Source: an uncultured Verrucomicrobiae bacterium (GTDB taxonomy: Bacteria > Verrucomicrobiota > Verrucomicrobiia > Chthoniobacterales > UBA10450). Taken from it: 64,000 nucleotides of DNA. The notes under the pieces were generated by a model. That model did no database searches, had not been told where the DNA came from, and was given only the letters and a program-made list of their open reading frames with translations. The translations under genes and the position numbers were made by a program. This document shows positions 52,172 to 62,414 of the stretch, piece by piece. Location of the stretch: contig CAVTMK010000001.1 in NCBI GenBank assembly GCA_963735805.1, positions 1-64,000 on the forward strand. The letters are read 5' to 3'. The first letter of the stretch is position 1. Each line of letters opens with the position of its first letter.

Positions 52172-52796
52172 AAGCGAGGTCTCCCTCCGGTTTGAATAAC
52201 AACCGCCAAAGTCTGCGTGTTACTTCCAATTGCCGCGTGCGCCGCTCTGCCGCAGTCATTTCGTGTGGCCGCAAGACATCCAGCATCAACATTCCACGCG
52301 CGACGGCAAAAATTAGTTCCGCCAGGTCGTTCGGCATTAGACTGTTCCCTGTATTTTGCACTTCCGGAGCGCGAGCAATCAAATCTCTTACTCCATTCAT
52401 CGCCGTTTCTAAAACATCGCGGACCAAATCAGCCACATGCGAATTTCGTGATGCTTCAGCGTAAAGATCCACGACGAACGCGGAGACCAGTCGCGGCTCA
52501 TTTTCGCAGCAATGTGCGGTGAACAAAATTTCCAATGATTCGAGGAGGGTCGGCGCCTGGCGAGCGCGTTCAAGCATCTGCTGAATTTCTTCCTTGTGTC
52601 TGGCAGCCATTGCGGAAATCACCGCTTCCTTGTTCTCGAAATAGCGATAAATCAGACCGACGCTGATCCCCGCCTCGCCGCTGATATCGTGCATACTGGT
52701 TTGGTGAAACCCGCGCTTTGCAAAGCAGACCAAGGCGGCGTCAAGGATCTGGGAACGCCGATCGCCATTGGAAGAGTCTATCTGGGGTTGAGACAT
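52164..52796 (-). CDS. TetR/AcrR family transcriptional regulator
   Basis: ILDAALVCFAKRGFHQTSMHDI...GISVGLIYRYFENKE. Confidence 0.93.
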   Translation of the reverse strand: MSQPQIDSSNGDRRSQILDAALVCFAKRGFHQTSMHDISGEAGISVGLIYRYFENKEAVISAMAARHKEEIQQMLERARQAPTLLESLEILFTAHCCENEPRLVSAFVVDLYAEASRNSHVADLVRDVLETAMNGVRDLIARAPEVQNTGNSLMPNDLAELIFAVARGMLMLDVLRPHEMTAAERRTRQLEVTRRLWRLLFKPEGDLAYA

Positions 52797-52807
52797 AGGC
52801 CGGGAAG

Positions 52808-52833
52808 ATGAATGAACGTTCATTCATTGTCAA
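52808..52833 (-). promoter_or_regulatory. Perfect 20-bp palindrome (TetR operator) overlapping a sigma70 promoter
   Basis: ATGAATGAAC|GTTCATTCAT at 52808-52827; minus strand TTGACA-N17-CATCTT. Confidence 0.85.
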
Positions 52834-52932
52834 ATACCTTTACGAAAGCCGGCTCAAACGGAATGCTTCTGTTCTCGCATCCAAGGCAGCTTGGAGCCGA
52901 AGATCCAGCGACTTCAAGGCCGGTCGTCCAGA

Positions 52933-53139
52933 TCAATTGCTAACTAGCTTCTCCGAGACACACGAAATTTCGTATGCCTGTGAGGTCAGCGTCGCCGGCA
53001 ACCGATTTGGTTGTTGAACAAACTGCAGAATCGACAGGATTACGCTCAAACCCAGCAGCGCGTAAACCGCCGTTTCCATGATGCCTCGACCCTTCTCCTC
53101 TGACTGAACCAGCAATGCGTAAGTGGTGTCGTTGTTCAT
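52933..53139 (-). CDS. Small membrane hypothetical protein
   Basis: 68 aa with one TM helix; AAAGG upstream. Confidence 0.65.
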   Translation of the reverse strand: MNNDTTYALLVQSEEKGRGIMETAVYALLGLSVILSILQFVQQPNRLPATLTSQAYEISCVSEKLVSN

Positions 53140-53260
53140 ATGCCTTTGAATCCTTTCTTTAAAGACGCCAGCCGTTTCCGCTTTTGTCTAAAGTTTGTTG
53201 ATCGTTCATGATTGCTTTGAACGTTGGATGCGGTGTCGACATGAATTGGATTCAAACATT

Positions 53261-53362
53261 TGTCATGTTGAGCGGAGCGAAACATCTCAGATTGCTAATG
53301 AACGCGCTGTTGGATGAGATAATCAGAGATTCTTCTCCCGCGGCTGCGGGATCAGAATGACA
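53261..53362. repeat. REP-like palindromic element (GTCAT..GAGCGxAGCGA ... ATGAC family)
   Basis: Related copies at 54426-54501 and 57687-57796. Confidence 0.75.
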
Positions 53363-53373
53363 GGAAGGGGCTC

Positions 53374-54408
53374 ATGAAGCCATTGGACATTAACCCTCGA
53401 TTAAGCCGCGATTTTCCTCGGGAAGCGCGCTATCTCATTGGCGTTTCCGGCGGACGGGATTCCGTCGCGCTTCTGCACTGGCTGCTTCATATCGGCTACA
53501 AGAACCTCGTGGTTTGTCATCTGAATCACCAGTTACGTGGCCGATCCAGCGATACCGATGCGCGCTTTGTCCGAAGGCTGGTCGAGCGTTACAACCAGGA
53601 ATTTGTAGGGCAGGCGCCCCGCCTGCCGGATTCCCGGACCCGCAAGCCAAGCGCTCGCCCTACAACACGAAGGTCAGATCTCCATTTTGAGCTCAAGTCC
53701 ACGGACGTTCGCGCCCTGTCCACAAAACAAAAGATGTCGATTGAAACAGCAGCGCGCGAAGCCCGGTACGAATTTTTTGCTGAAACCGCACGATACCGAA
53801 ATTGCAAAACGATTTTTCTTGGGCATCACGCCGATGACCTCGTCGAAACCTTTTTAATCAATCTCTTTCGCGGAGCAGGGACTACAGGTCTCAGCGGCGT
53901 GCGCGAGATTTCAACACGTCGGATCGGCGATGTTGATCTCACCATTGTGCGGCCGCTTCTCGGTCTCTGGCGCAAGGAGATCGATAGCTATGTGCGCGAG
54001 CATCGGATCACATTTCGCGAGGACGCATCGAACAAAAATCTCAATCCGCTCCGCAATCGCATTCGTCATCGTATCATTCCTTACCTGGAGAAAACCTTTG
54101 GCCGAAACATTCGGCCTGCGATTTGGCGGGCTGCTGCAATCGCCGCCGAAGAAGAAGATTGGATCGACCGTCAACTCCCCGATTCGACCAATGTTGAACT
54201 TTCAGTCATAAAACTTCATGCGCTGCCGGTCGCACTCCAGCGTCGGGCGATTCTGAAATGGCTACGTGCAAAAAAAGTTTCCGAAGTTGGTTTCGACGTA
54301 ATTGAACGTGTGCGCTCATTGATCAATCAGAATGCACGGGTTGCAAAGGTTAATCTGGCACGAAACCGATACGCCCGTCGTCGCGCGGGCAAGATTTTTC
54401 TGGAGTAA
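53374..54408 (+). CDS. tilS: tRNA(Ile)-lysidine synthetase
   Basis: GVSGGRDS, HLNHQLR, ETAAREARY, GHHADDLVET, RPLL, EDASN, RNRIR. Confidence 0.95.
   Translation: MKPLDINPRLSRDFPREARYLIGVSGGRDSVALLHWLLHIGYKNLVVCHLNHQLRGRSSDTDARFVRRLVERYNQEFVGQAPRLPDSRTRKPSARPTTRRSDLHFELKSTDVRALSTKQKMSIETAAREARYEFFAETARYRNCKTIFLGHHADDLVETFLINLFRGAGTTGLSGVREISTRRIGDVDLTIVRPLLGLWRKEIDSYVREHRITFREDASNKNLNPLRNRIRHRIIPYLEKTFGRNIRPAIWRAAAIAAEEEDWIDRQLPDSTNVELSVIKLHALPVALQRRAILKWLRAKKVSEVGFDVIERVRSLINQNARVAKVNLARNRYARRRAGKIFLE
53604..53664. repeat. GTAG-type REP doublet inserted in frame in tilS
   Basis: TGTAGGGCAGGCGCCCCGCCTGCC...GCAAGCCAAGCGCTCGCCCTACA; related intergenic copies at 55839-55920. Confidence 0.8.
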
Positions 54409-54425
54409 CACCTCCCCTATAAATC

Positions 54426-54501
54426 GTCATCCCGGGCAAAGCGAGGGACCTCACAACATTATCGAGGATTTGCGAGATCCTTCGCTTTCGCTCAGGATGG
54501 C
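54426..54501. repeat. REP-like palindromic element
   Basis: GTCATCCCGGGCAAAGCGAGGGACCTC...GAGATCCTTCGCTTTCGCTCAGGATGGC. Confidence 0.75.
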
Positions 54502-54507
54502 AATTGA

Positions 54508-55833
54508 ATGAGCTCTGACATCCGCGTTCGTTTTGCCCCCTCGCCTACGGGCTATCTGCACATCGGCGGGGCGCGCACAGCGCTTTTCAACTGGCTCTTT
54601 GCGCAACATCACGGTGGGAAATTCGTTCTGCGAATTGAAGACACCGACCTGAAGCGAAACACTGAAGAAGCGATGGCGGCCATTTATGAGGGACTGCAGT
54701 GGCTGGGCCTTAATTGGGACGAAGGTCCGCACGTCGGGGGCGAGTTCGGACCTTATTTGCAAAGTGAGCGAACGGAGCTTTACGAGCGCTATCTCAAAAG
54801 GCTTCAGGATGCTGGTCACATTTTCGAGGACCAGGGTGCCATGCGATTTCGTTCCCCGCGCGAGCACGTTGTAGTCGACGACCTCGTGTGCGGCAAAATC
54901 GATTTCGATCTCAGCAATCCAGCGACACATCCCGACATGACAATCCGTCGTCCGGATGGCTCGTGGATTTTTCACTTCGTCAATGTGATCGACGATCTGG
55001 AGATGAAAATCTCGCATGTGATCCGCGGTGAAGATCACCTCTCTAACACGCCCAAGCACATTGAGCTCATTCGCGCGCTGGGGGCAACGCCGCCGCAATA
55101 CGCACATATTCCACTTATCTTAAACCGCGACGGATCGAAGATGAGCAAACGCGACGAAGGCGCCCGCGTCGAGTACTACATGCGCCGCGGCTATCTACCG
55201 GCGGCGGTGCGCAACTATTTGTGTCTGCTCGGCTGGTCGCCCAAGGACAACCGCGAGAAAATCGATATCGACGAAATCATTCGGATTTTCGAACTTAAAA
55301 ACATCGGGCGTAGCTCGGCGACTTTCGATCCCGACAAACTCCATTGGTTAAATGGCGAATACGCACGCGAATTGAGCGACTCTGAATTTTACGATCTCGC
55401 ATTTGCGAAGCTGAAGTCCAGCGGTGTGAAGCTTGATGATTTTCCGGAGAAATACGTCCACGACGCGCTGCAAACGTGTAAAGGCAAGATCAATACCTTT
55501 GATGAGCTGCCCGCGTATTGCGGATTCTATTTCGCAGACGATTTCGAATACGAACCCGAAGGAGTGGTCAAGCATTTCACCCCTGAGAACAAACCCAGAC
55601 TTGAGGCTGTACGGGACGCGCTAACCGCTCTGAAGAAGTTCGATGTCGCCGAAATCGAAGCGACATTGAAAAGCACGGCCGCAAACTTAGGCGTGAAGGT
55701 CGGCGCGATCGTCCATCCAACTCGACTCGCTGTTACTGGCAGCAACGTGGGACCAAGTCTTTATCATTTGATCGAGGTTCTCGGAAAAGAAAAGGTCATG
55801 GCACGCATCGATCGCGCGCTGTCCACGTTTTAA
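54508..55833 (+). CDS. gltX: Glutamate--tRNA ligase
   Basis: RFAPSPTGYLHIGG, LRIEDTD, IRGEDH, KMSKR. Confidence 0.97.
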   Translation: MSSDIRVRFAPSPTGYLHIGGARTALFNWLFAQHHGGKFVLRIEDTDLKRNTEEAMAAIYEGLQWLGLNWDEGPHVGGEFGPYLQSERTELYERYLKRLQDAGHIFEDQGAMRFRSPREHVVVDDLVCGKIDFDLSNPATHPDMTIRRPDGSWIFHFVNVIDDLEMKISHVIRGEDHLSNTPKHIELIRALGATPPQYAHIPLILNRDGSKMSKRDEGARVEYYMRRGYLPAAVRNYLCLLGWSPKDNREKIDIDEIIRIFELKNIGRSSATFDPDKLHWLNGEYARELSDSEFYDLAFAKLKSSGVKLDDFPEKYVHDALQTCKGKINTFDELPAYCGFYFADDFEYEPEGVVKHFTPENKPRLEAVRDALTALKKFDVAEIEATLKSTAANLGVKVGAIVHPTRLAVTGSNVGPSLYHLIEVLGKEKVMARIDRALSTF

Positions 55834-55838
55834 CACTT

Positions 55839-55920
55839 GGCAAGCGACGCGCTTGCCCTACAATGGACATTCACACCCCAGATGCATATTCGGCGTTGTC
55901 GGGCAGGCGGTCCGCCTGCC
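55839..55920. repeat. GTAG-type REP pair between convergent gltX and glnS
   Basis: GGCAAGCGACGCGCTTGCCCTACAA ... TTGTCGGGCAGGCGGTCCGCCTGCC. Confidence 0.75.
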
Positions 55921-55927
55921 AGGCTTA

Positions 55928-57604
55928 TCAAAATCGCTTCGCCGCCTTTGCCCATGTGTCCCTTAAAGTAATCGTCCGGTTCCACACCTGTCTTTCACCC
56001 GTAGAATCCGGATCGAGAGCAAAATAGCCAAGCCGCTCAAATTGATAGCGCTCCTCCGGATCCGCTTTCGTAAGAGCCGGTTCGCATTTCGCCGTCACCA
56101 CTTCCAGTGAGTTCGAGTTAGTTAAAGACTTGAAATCTCCACCAGAGTCCGGTTCGGCGACACTAAACAGACGATCATACAATCGAACCTCTGCATTGAT
56201 CGCCTGCGCCGCGCTGACCCAATGTATCGTCCCTTTTACCTTGCGGCCAGCAGTTGGCCCGCCTGATTTGCTATCCAGATCAACTGTGCACCGGAGCTCA
56301 GTCACGTTACCGTCCGCATCCTTCACGACCTCGTCACACTTGATGATGTACGCGTATTTTAAACGCACGTCGCCGCCCGGTCGCAGCCGAAAATATTTCG
56401 AAGGCGGCGTTTCCATGAAATCGTCGCGCTCAATGTAAAGCTCGCGACTGAACGGAATCTTGCGCGTTCCGGCACTTGGATCTTCGGGATTGTTGACTGC
56501 ATCTAGCTCTTCGATTTTTCCGTCCGGATAATTCGTCAATACGACCTTGATCGGCCGCAGCACAGCGAGTCGTCGGATAGCAGTGCGATTGAATTCGTCA
56601 CGGATCGTGTGTTCCAGCACAGCCATATCGGTCATGCTTGGGTATTTCGTGATGCCGACATTGTAGGCAAACGTGCGCAAGGCGCTCGCGGTCACCCCGC
56701 GTCGTCGCAATCCGGAGATCGTAAGCATGCGTGGATCGTCCCATCCACTAACAAGCTTTTCGTTCACAAGCTGGATCAGTTTACGCTTGCTCATTACCGA
56801 GTAGGTGAGGTTAAGCCGCGCAAATTCATATTGATGCGGCCGCGGCTCCGGAAATTCCAGCGCGTCCAGAATCCAATCATAGAGCGGTCGATGCACCTCG
56901 AACTCCAGAGTGCAAACAGAGTGCGTGATACCCTCAATGTAATCGCTGAGCGTGTGGGCCCAGTCGTACATCGGATAAATGCACCATTTATCTCCGGTGC
57001 GATGATGTGACGCGTGCCGGATGCGATAGAGAACCGGATCACGCAGCCAAACGTTCGCAGCGTTCACGTCGATCTTTGCCCGCAATGTGCGCGCCCCGTC
57101 GGCAAACTCGCCTGCCTTCATCCGAGCAAAAAGATCGAGGTTTTCCTCGATCGAGCGATCACGAGAGCTACTTGCCTTTCCGAGGCGGCGATACGCGTCC
57201 GTTTCCTCAGGAGTCATGTCGCAAACGTATGCTTTGCCCTTGCGTATGAGATCGACTGCATACGCGTAGAACCGGTCGAAATAGTCCGAAGCATAAAACG
57301 GCGCGCCACCGACGTCCTTGTCGGCCCAGCCAGCGATCAACCAATTCACGTCAGTCATGATTGACTCGACGTACTCCGCTTCCTCCTTTATCGGGTTGGT
57401 ATCGTCCATGCGGACGTTACAAATGCCCCCGAACTCGCGGGCGATCCCAAAGTTCAGGCAAATCGATTTCGCGTGGCCGATATGCAGATAGCCGTTAGGC
57501 TCGGGTGGAAAGCGCGTGCAGATCTGTTTGTATTTGCCCGCGCGAAGATCGCCCGCGACGATATCGCGAATAAAATCCGAAGGCCTTTCAGTTTCAGTGG
57601 TCAT
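55928..57604 (-). CDS. glnS: Glutamine--tRNA ligase
   Basis: TRFPPEPNGYLHIGHAK, DDTNP, MSKRKL, GWDDPRM, QFERLGYF. Confidence 0.97.
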   Translation of the reverse strand: MTTETERPSDFIRDIVAGDLRAGKYKQICTRFPPEPNGYLHIGHAKSICLNFGIAREFGGICNVRMDDTNPIKEEAEYVESIMTDVNWLIAGWADKDVGGAPFYASDYFDRFYAYAVDLIRKGKAYVCDMTPEETDAYRRLGKASSSRDRSIEENLDLFARMKAGEFADGARTLRAKIDVNAANVWLRDPVLYRIRHASHHRTGDKWCIYPMYDWAHTLSDYIEGITHSVCTLEFEVHRPLYDWILDALEFPEPRPHQYEFARLNLTYSVMSKRKLIQLVNEKLVSGWDDPRMLTISGLRRRGVTASALRTFAYNVGITKYPSMTDMAVLEHTIRDEFNRTAIRRLAVLRPIKVVLTNYPDGKIEELDAVNNPEDPSAGTRKIPFSRELYIERDDFMETPPSKYFRLRPGGDVRLKYAYIIKCDEVVKDADGNVTELRCTVDLDSKSGGPTAGRKVKGTIHWVSAAQAINAEVRLYDRLFSVAEPDSGGDFKSLTNSNSLEVVTAKCEPALTKADPEERYQFERLGYFALDPDSTGERQVWNRTITLRDTWAKAAKRF

Positions 57605-57686
57605 TATAACGAACAAAGCTATCGGCGAACGCTCACATCCACAACTTTCACGCGGAATGTCCCCACGCTAAACTGCCAACCAAGCG

Positions 57687-57796
57687 TGTTATGCTGAGCG
57701 AAGCGAAGCACCCTCCATACAAAGCTTGGATCACATTAAGAATTTGAGAATCTTCAACGTTTTTGTGCAGGGTCCCTCGCTTCGCTCCGGCTGACA
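57687..57796. repeat. REP-like palindromic element
   Basis: TGTTATGCTGAGCGAAGCGAAG...CTCGCTTCGCTCCGGCTGACA. Confidence 0.7.
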
Positions 57797-58734
57797 TGAA
57801 AAAAATGCAGAGTACTCAGACTAGCCAACGTTACACACTCGCTGATCTGGAGAAGTGGGGTGAGATCGCACAGGAAATCGATCCACCGATCCGCCTGGGT
57901 GTTTTTGGCGATCCAGTTGCGCATTCGCTTTCGCCCGAAATGCAAAACGCCGCTCTCCACGCTTGCGAGATCGATGCTCAATACGCGCGTTTCCACATCC
58001 GCCCGAATGAATTGAGATCGGCTCTGCGGTTCTTACGAAAACTGGATTTTGTGGGAGTGAACCTGACGGTTCCGCACAAAATCGCGGGCTTCGTACAGAT
58101 CGACGAGGCAGACGAATCAGCGAGGCGCATAGGCGCGGTGAACACAATTCGCCGTCGCGATAAGAAACTCGTTGGCTCGAATACCGATGGCGAAGGATTC
58201 TTGCGTGCCATCCGCAGTGAGTTCTCTGTCGATCTGCGCGATCTTCGAGTTCTGATAGTCGGCGCCGGCGGCGGAACAGGACGTGCAATCGCCTGGCAAT
58301 GCGCACTCGAGAACTGTGAACGTCTCGTGCTTGTCAATCGCACGTTGGAAAAAGCGAACGCGCTCACGGAGAGCCTGCGCCCTTTCTTTGCCGGGCCGCG
58401 TGTCCTTGGGCCCGCAGCGCGTCTTGAAGCGGCACCATGGGAAGAATCGGCAGTACGCGCGCAACTTGCAGACATCGATCTTATCGTGAATGCCACTCCG
58501 CTCGGAATGAATCTGAGCGATCACGCGCCCATCCCGGGGCGCTTGATCGCCCCGTATCACATGGTTTTCGACTGCGTATATGGGCCCTCAAAAACCGCTC
58601 TGCTCCAGGCAGCCGAACAAGCCGGCGCGCGCAGCGCAAATGGATTGTCGATGTTGCTACATCAGGGCGCACTTTCGTTTTCCATTTGGTTCGAGCGCGA
58701 GCCACCGATCGATTCCATGCGCAAAGCGCTGTAG
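57796..58734 (+). CDS. aroE: Shikimate dehydrogenase
   Basis: GDPVAHSLSP, NLTVPHK, GAVNT, NTDG, GAGG, NATPLGM. Confidence 0.95.
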   Translation: MKKMQSTQTSQRYTLADLEKWGEIAQEIDPPIRLGVFGDPVAHSLSPEMQNAALHACEIDAQYARFHIRPNELRSALRFLRKLDFVGVNLTVPHKIAGFVQIDEADESARRIGAVNTIRRRDKKLVGSNTDGEGFLRAIRSEFSVDLRDLRVLIVGAGGGTGRAIAWQCALENCERLVLVNRTLEKANALTESLRPFFAGPRVLGPAARLEAAPWEESAVRAQLADIDLIVNATPLGMNLSDHAPIPGRLIAPYHMVFDCVYGPSKTALLQAAEQAGARSANGLSMLLHQGALSFSIWFEREPPIDSMRKAL

Positions 58735-58801
58735 CCGCCTCACTGCGTCCCGCAACTACACGGGGCGTTTGTAATCGCCGCCAAAACCGCCATATTAACC
58801 G

Positions 58802-59770
58802 ATGGTAAGCGCCGGTGTAAACTTTGGCAGCGCACGGCGGACTGCCGTTAATCTGGCCGAAGAATTGCAACAGCTCAAGCGCGAGCGGAACGCTGTGATT
58901 CTCGCGCATAACTACCAGGTGCCCGAGTTACAGGATGCAGCCGACTTCGTCGGCGACTCGTTAGGTTTGAGTTATCAGGCGGCGAAAACAGACGCCGATG
59001 TAATCCTGTTTTGTGGTGTGCATTTCATGGCCGAAACGGCCAAGATCATTAATCCAACCAAACGGGTGATTCTCCCCGACCTCGATGCCGGCTGTTCACT
59101 TTCCGAATCATGTCCGCCGGAAAAGCTGGCGCAGTTCCTAAAAAAGAACGCAGACAAGAATTATTACGTTATCGCTTACATCAATTGCAGCGCCGGAGTG
59201 AAGGCGTTGTCCGACGTCATTTGCACAAGCGGCAATGCCGACAAGATCGTGCGCGCTGCTCCCGCTGATCGGAATATTCTTTTCGTTCCGGACCAAAATC
59301 TCGGCGCATGGGTAATGGAACGCACGGGACGCAAGATGGATTTGTGGCAGGGCAACTGTTACATTCATGTCGAGTTCACCGCGCGCAGTATTAATCGCAT
59401 TCGCGAGCAATATCCCAATGCACCGGTCGTGGCGCATCCAGAATGCACCTATGCCGTGCGCATGCTGGCCGATGAAGTTTGTTCCACCGAAAAGATGGTA
59501 ACTTTTTGCAGAGAATCGCCGGCAGGCGAGATCATTGTCGTTACTGAAGCCGGTCTGTTGCATCGTCTGCGAAAGGAAATTCCTGACAAGACATTCATTC
59601 CTGGTCCGACAGATAACTGTTTCTGTGGCGAATGCCGGTTCATGAAGATGAACACGCTGGAAAAGGCGTACCACGCCCTGTTGAACATGGAACCGCAAAT
59701 CACCTTGCCGGAGCCATTGCGCAAGCGCGCAGAGCTACCGATTCGGCGGATGCTTGAGTTGAGCAAATAG
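58802..59770 (+). CDS. nadA: Quinolinate synthase
   Basis: LAHNYQ, GDSL, CGVHFMAE, AGCSL, YINC, AHPEC. Confidence 0.97.
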   Translation: MVSAGVNFGSARRTAVNLAEELQQLKRERNAVILAHNYQVPELQDAADFVGDSLGLSYQAAKTDADVILFCGVHFMAETAKIINPTKRVILPDLDAGCSLSESCPPEKLAQFLKKNADKNYYVIAYINCSAGVKALSDVICTSGNADKIVRAAPADRNILFVPDQNLGAWVMERTGRKMDLWQGNCYIHVEFTARSINRIREQYPNAPVVAHPECTYAVRMLADEVCSTEKMVTFCRESPAGEIIVVTEAGLLHRLRKEIPDKTFIPGPTDNCFCGECRFMKMNTLEKAYHALLNMEPQITLPEPLRKRAELPIRRMLELSK

Positions 59771-59934
59771 CTGTTAGGACACGACAGCCCGCCCCGGAAA
59801 CGCTGGGTGGAGCTGCTCGCTCCGTCTTCGGCCCCTTTGCACGGGCAGGGCGCGTCCAGACGCTCCAAAGGCACGGCGATGCCAATCTCTTTTCGCTCGC
59901 CAAACTGATGGTAAATCTTGAAGACTTGACGTCT

Positions 59935-61269
59935 ATGAAAACATTCAATCGAATTCAACGATCCCGAAAACTTTCGGCCTCGATCATTGCCATATCCCTC
60001 GCCTGGGTTGGGCTTTTGCCAAACACGGAAGCCGTTAGCCCAGCGCCGGATGGCGGTTATCCGGGTGGGAACACCGCAGAAGGTCAGAACGCCCTCCTCA
60101 GTCTCACTACCGGTACATACAACACCGCGGTCGGCTTATTTTCGCTCCTGAGCAACACAGAAGGGGGCTTCAACACTGCTGTAGGCGCCGGGACCCTTCT
60201 TGCCAACACAGCACACCAAAATACGGCAACCGGTGCCGGAACACTGTTAAGCAACACAACCGGCTTCGACAACACTGCCAACGGAGCATTCGCTTTGTTT
60301 AGCAACACTACCGGCAGTCGCAACACCGCAACTGGTGTAGATGCGCTCCTCAACAACAACGCCGACTTCAACACGGCCAACGGTGATTCTGCGCTGGCCA
60401 GCAACACCGAAGGCGAGGGCAACATAGCCATCGGTGGCACTGCCCTCAATAGCAACACGATGGGTGACTTCAACACGGCTACCGGTTATCGAACACTCCT
60501 TCACAACACCAGCGGCTCCTTTAACACCGCCAACGGTAAAGACGCACTCTTCAGCAACACCAGTGGCATCAACAACACAGCCACCGGCCTTGGCGCGCTA
60601 CTTACCAACACTACTGGTGGCAACAACACAGCCAACGGAGTTAATGCGCTTCATGATAACACAGAAGGCGACAACAATACCGCTTTGGGTCTTGGAGCCG
60701 GGTTCAACACCACGGGCAGCGGCAATGTCTGTATCGGCGCGGGCGTTATTGGCGTTGCCGGCGAGAGCAACATCACTCGTATCCGCAATGTGTATGAGTC
60801 GGTAGCAACTGAGCGCGCGGTTTTTGTGACTTCAGACAACAGGATCGGCACTTTATCTTCTTCGCGCCGCTACAAGGAGAGAATCAAGCCCATGGAGAAT
60901 GCTAGCGCGGCGCTCCACTCGCTCAACCCGGTCAGCTTTCGCTACAAGAAGGAAGTCGATCCGGCGCAGGCTCTCTGCTTCGGCCTGATTGCTGAGGAAG
61001 TGGCCGACGTTAATCCAAATCTTGTGACGCTGGACAGCGAAGGGAAACCACAAACGGTACGCTACGAAGCTGTCAACGCGATGTTGCTCAATGAGTTCCT
61101 GAAAGAACATTGCAAGGTACAAGAACAACAAAACGCAATCGTAGAATTGAAGAACGAAGTCAAAGAGCTTGCGACGACCGTGAAAAGGCAGGCAGTACTA
61201 ATCCAGAAAGTGAATGAGCGGCTCGAATCGAGCAAAGCCGTCGTGCGAATCCTTGCTGACAGTCAATAG
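59935..61269 (+). CDS. Secreted 14-aa repeat protein with an intramolecular chaperone (peptidase S74, 'tail fiber') domain
   Basis: NTTGxxNTAxGxxAL repeats; SSRRYKERIKPM, PVSFRYK, GLIAEEV; C-terminal coiled coil. Confidence 0.9.
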   Translation: MKTFNRIQRSRKLSASIIAISLAWVGLLPNTEAVSPAPDGGYPGGNTAEGQNALLSLTTGTYNTAVGLFSLLSNTEGGFNTAVGAGTLLANTAHQNTATGAGTLLSNTTGFDNTANGAFALFSNTTGSRNTATGVDALLNNNADFNTANGDSALASNTEGEGNIAIGGTALNSNTMGDFNTATGYRTLLHNTSGSFNTANGKDALFSNTSGINNTATGLGALLTNTTGGNNTANGVNALHDNTEGDNNTALGLGAGFNTTGSGNVCIGAGVIGVAGESNITRIRNVYESVATERAVFVTSDNRIGTLSSSRRYKERIKPMENASAALHSLNPVSFRYKKEVDPAQALCFGLIAEEVADVNPNLVTLDSEGKPQTVRYEAVNAMLLNEFLKEHCKVQEQQNAIVELKNEVKELATTVKRQAVLIQKVNERLESSKAVVRILADSQ

Positions 61270-61376
61270 GTGGTAGCCAGGAGGGCTGAACCCGGCTGCA
61301 GTCGACGACCGCAACTACGACCAGATTATTTTCTATCCGTGACATCCGTCTAATCCGCGGTTTCTTCTGTTAAGGC

Positions 61377-62414
61377 ATGCTTGAAAAATCCATCGAACAA
61401 CGAATCGAACGACTGCAGGCAGCGGGCGTTATCGACATGCATTTCGATTTACCGATGGATCTGTACGAAAAGCGCAAGCACAAGAAGATCCTTGAGACGG
61501 AATTCTTACCGGAACTCGAAGCCGGTAACGTCAGTGTAGTCGCTGCCGCAATTTACATTGAGGACCGTTATCTACCGGAGATGGGATTGCGCGTAGCTCT
61601 CGATCAAATCGCACGCCTTTATGCCGAGACACAGGCATGTCCGCGGTTCGCTATCTGTAAAAGCTATCGTGAAATCGAGCAGGCGCGTGCGGAGGGCAAA
61701 ATCGCTTTTCTCATTACGTTGGAGGGAGCTGAGCCGCTCGGGACGGATCTGGATTTACTGCGTGTGTTTTACGAACTAGGCGTGCGAGCGATTGGGCTCA
61801 CGCATGCGCGAAGCAATGCGGCAGGTCATGGTGGAATTTTTGCTCCAAGCGGTTCATCACAGGAAGGTCTAAGCGCATTTGGTCGTGATTTGGTACGAGA
61901 ATGCGAGGCGCTCGGCGTGATTATCGATCTTGCTCACATTAATCCAGCCGGCTTCAACGACATTTTGTCGATTGCAACAAAGCCATCGATTGTTTCGCAT
62001 ACAAATGTCCGTCGCTACTACGACATCGAGCGCAACATCAGCGACGAGCAGATCAAAGTGATCGGCGAGCGGAGGGGTGTAATCGGAATCAATTCCGTGC
62101 TCGTGAGTTCAAAGAAAAAGGAGAGCACTCTGGATCGTTACGTTGATCACATCGAACATGTCGCCAATTTGATTGGCATCGATGGAGTCGCAATCGGCTT
62201 TGATTTCTTTGAGTTCATTTACAGCCAGTGGCCGGAGTCGGCGAAAAAGGATCTGGCCGAAAAGCTCTCAACACCGCACTTCATTCCCGAGCTGAGGAAC
62301 CATTCGCACGCCGCCAATCTCACTCGGAAATTGATCGCGCGCGGCTTCAATGACGAGCAGATCGAAAAGGTTCTGCGTGGAAACTGGCTGCGGATTTTTA
62401 AAGAGTGCCTGTAG
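61377..62414 (+). CDS. Membrane dipeptidase family (peptidase M19)
   Basis: DMHFD, LEGAE, IDLAH, SHTN, RNISDEQ, GFDF, GNWLR. Confidence 0.93.
   Translation: MLEKSIEQRIERLQAAGVIDMHFDLPMDLYEKRKHKKILETEFLPELEAGNVSVVAAAIYIEDRYLPEMGLRVALDQIARLYAETQACPRFAICKSYREIEQARAEGKIAFLITLEGAEPLGTDLDLLRVFYELGVRAIGLTHARSNAAGHGGIFAPSGSSQEGLSAFGRDLVRECEALGVIIDLAHINPAGFNDILSIATKPSIVSHTNVRRYYDIERNISDEQIKVIGERRGVIGINSVLVSSKKKESTLDRYVDHIEHVANLIGIDGVAIGFDFFEFIYSQWPESAKKDLAEKLSTPHFIPELRNHSHAANLTRKLIARGFNDEQIEKVLRGNWLRIFKECL

Noticed and set aside
59935..61269. Prophage, based on the 'tail fiber' S74 gene
   Set aside because: The protein has a signal peptide, lies among housekeeping genes, and has no phage neighbours.
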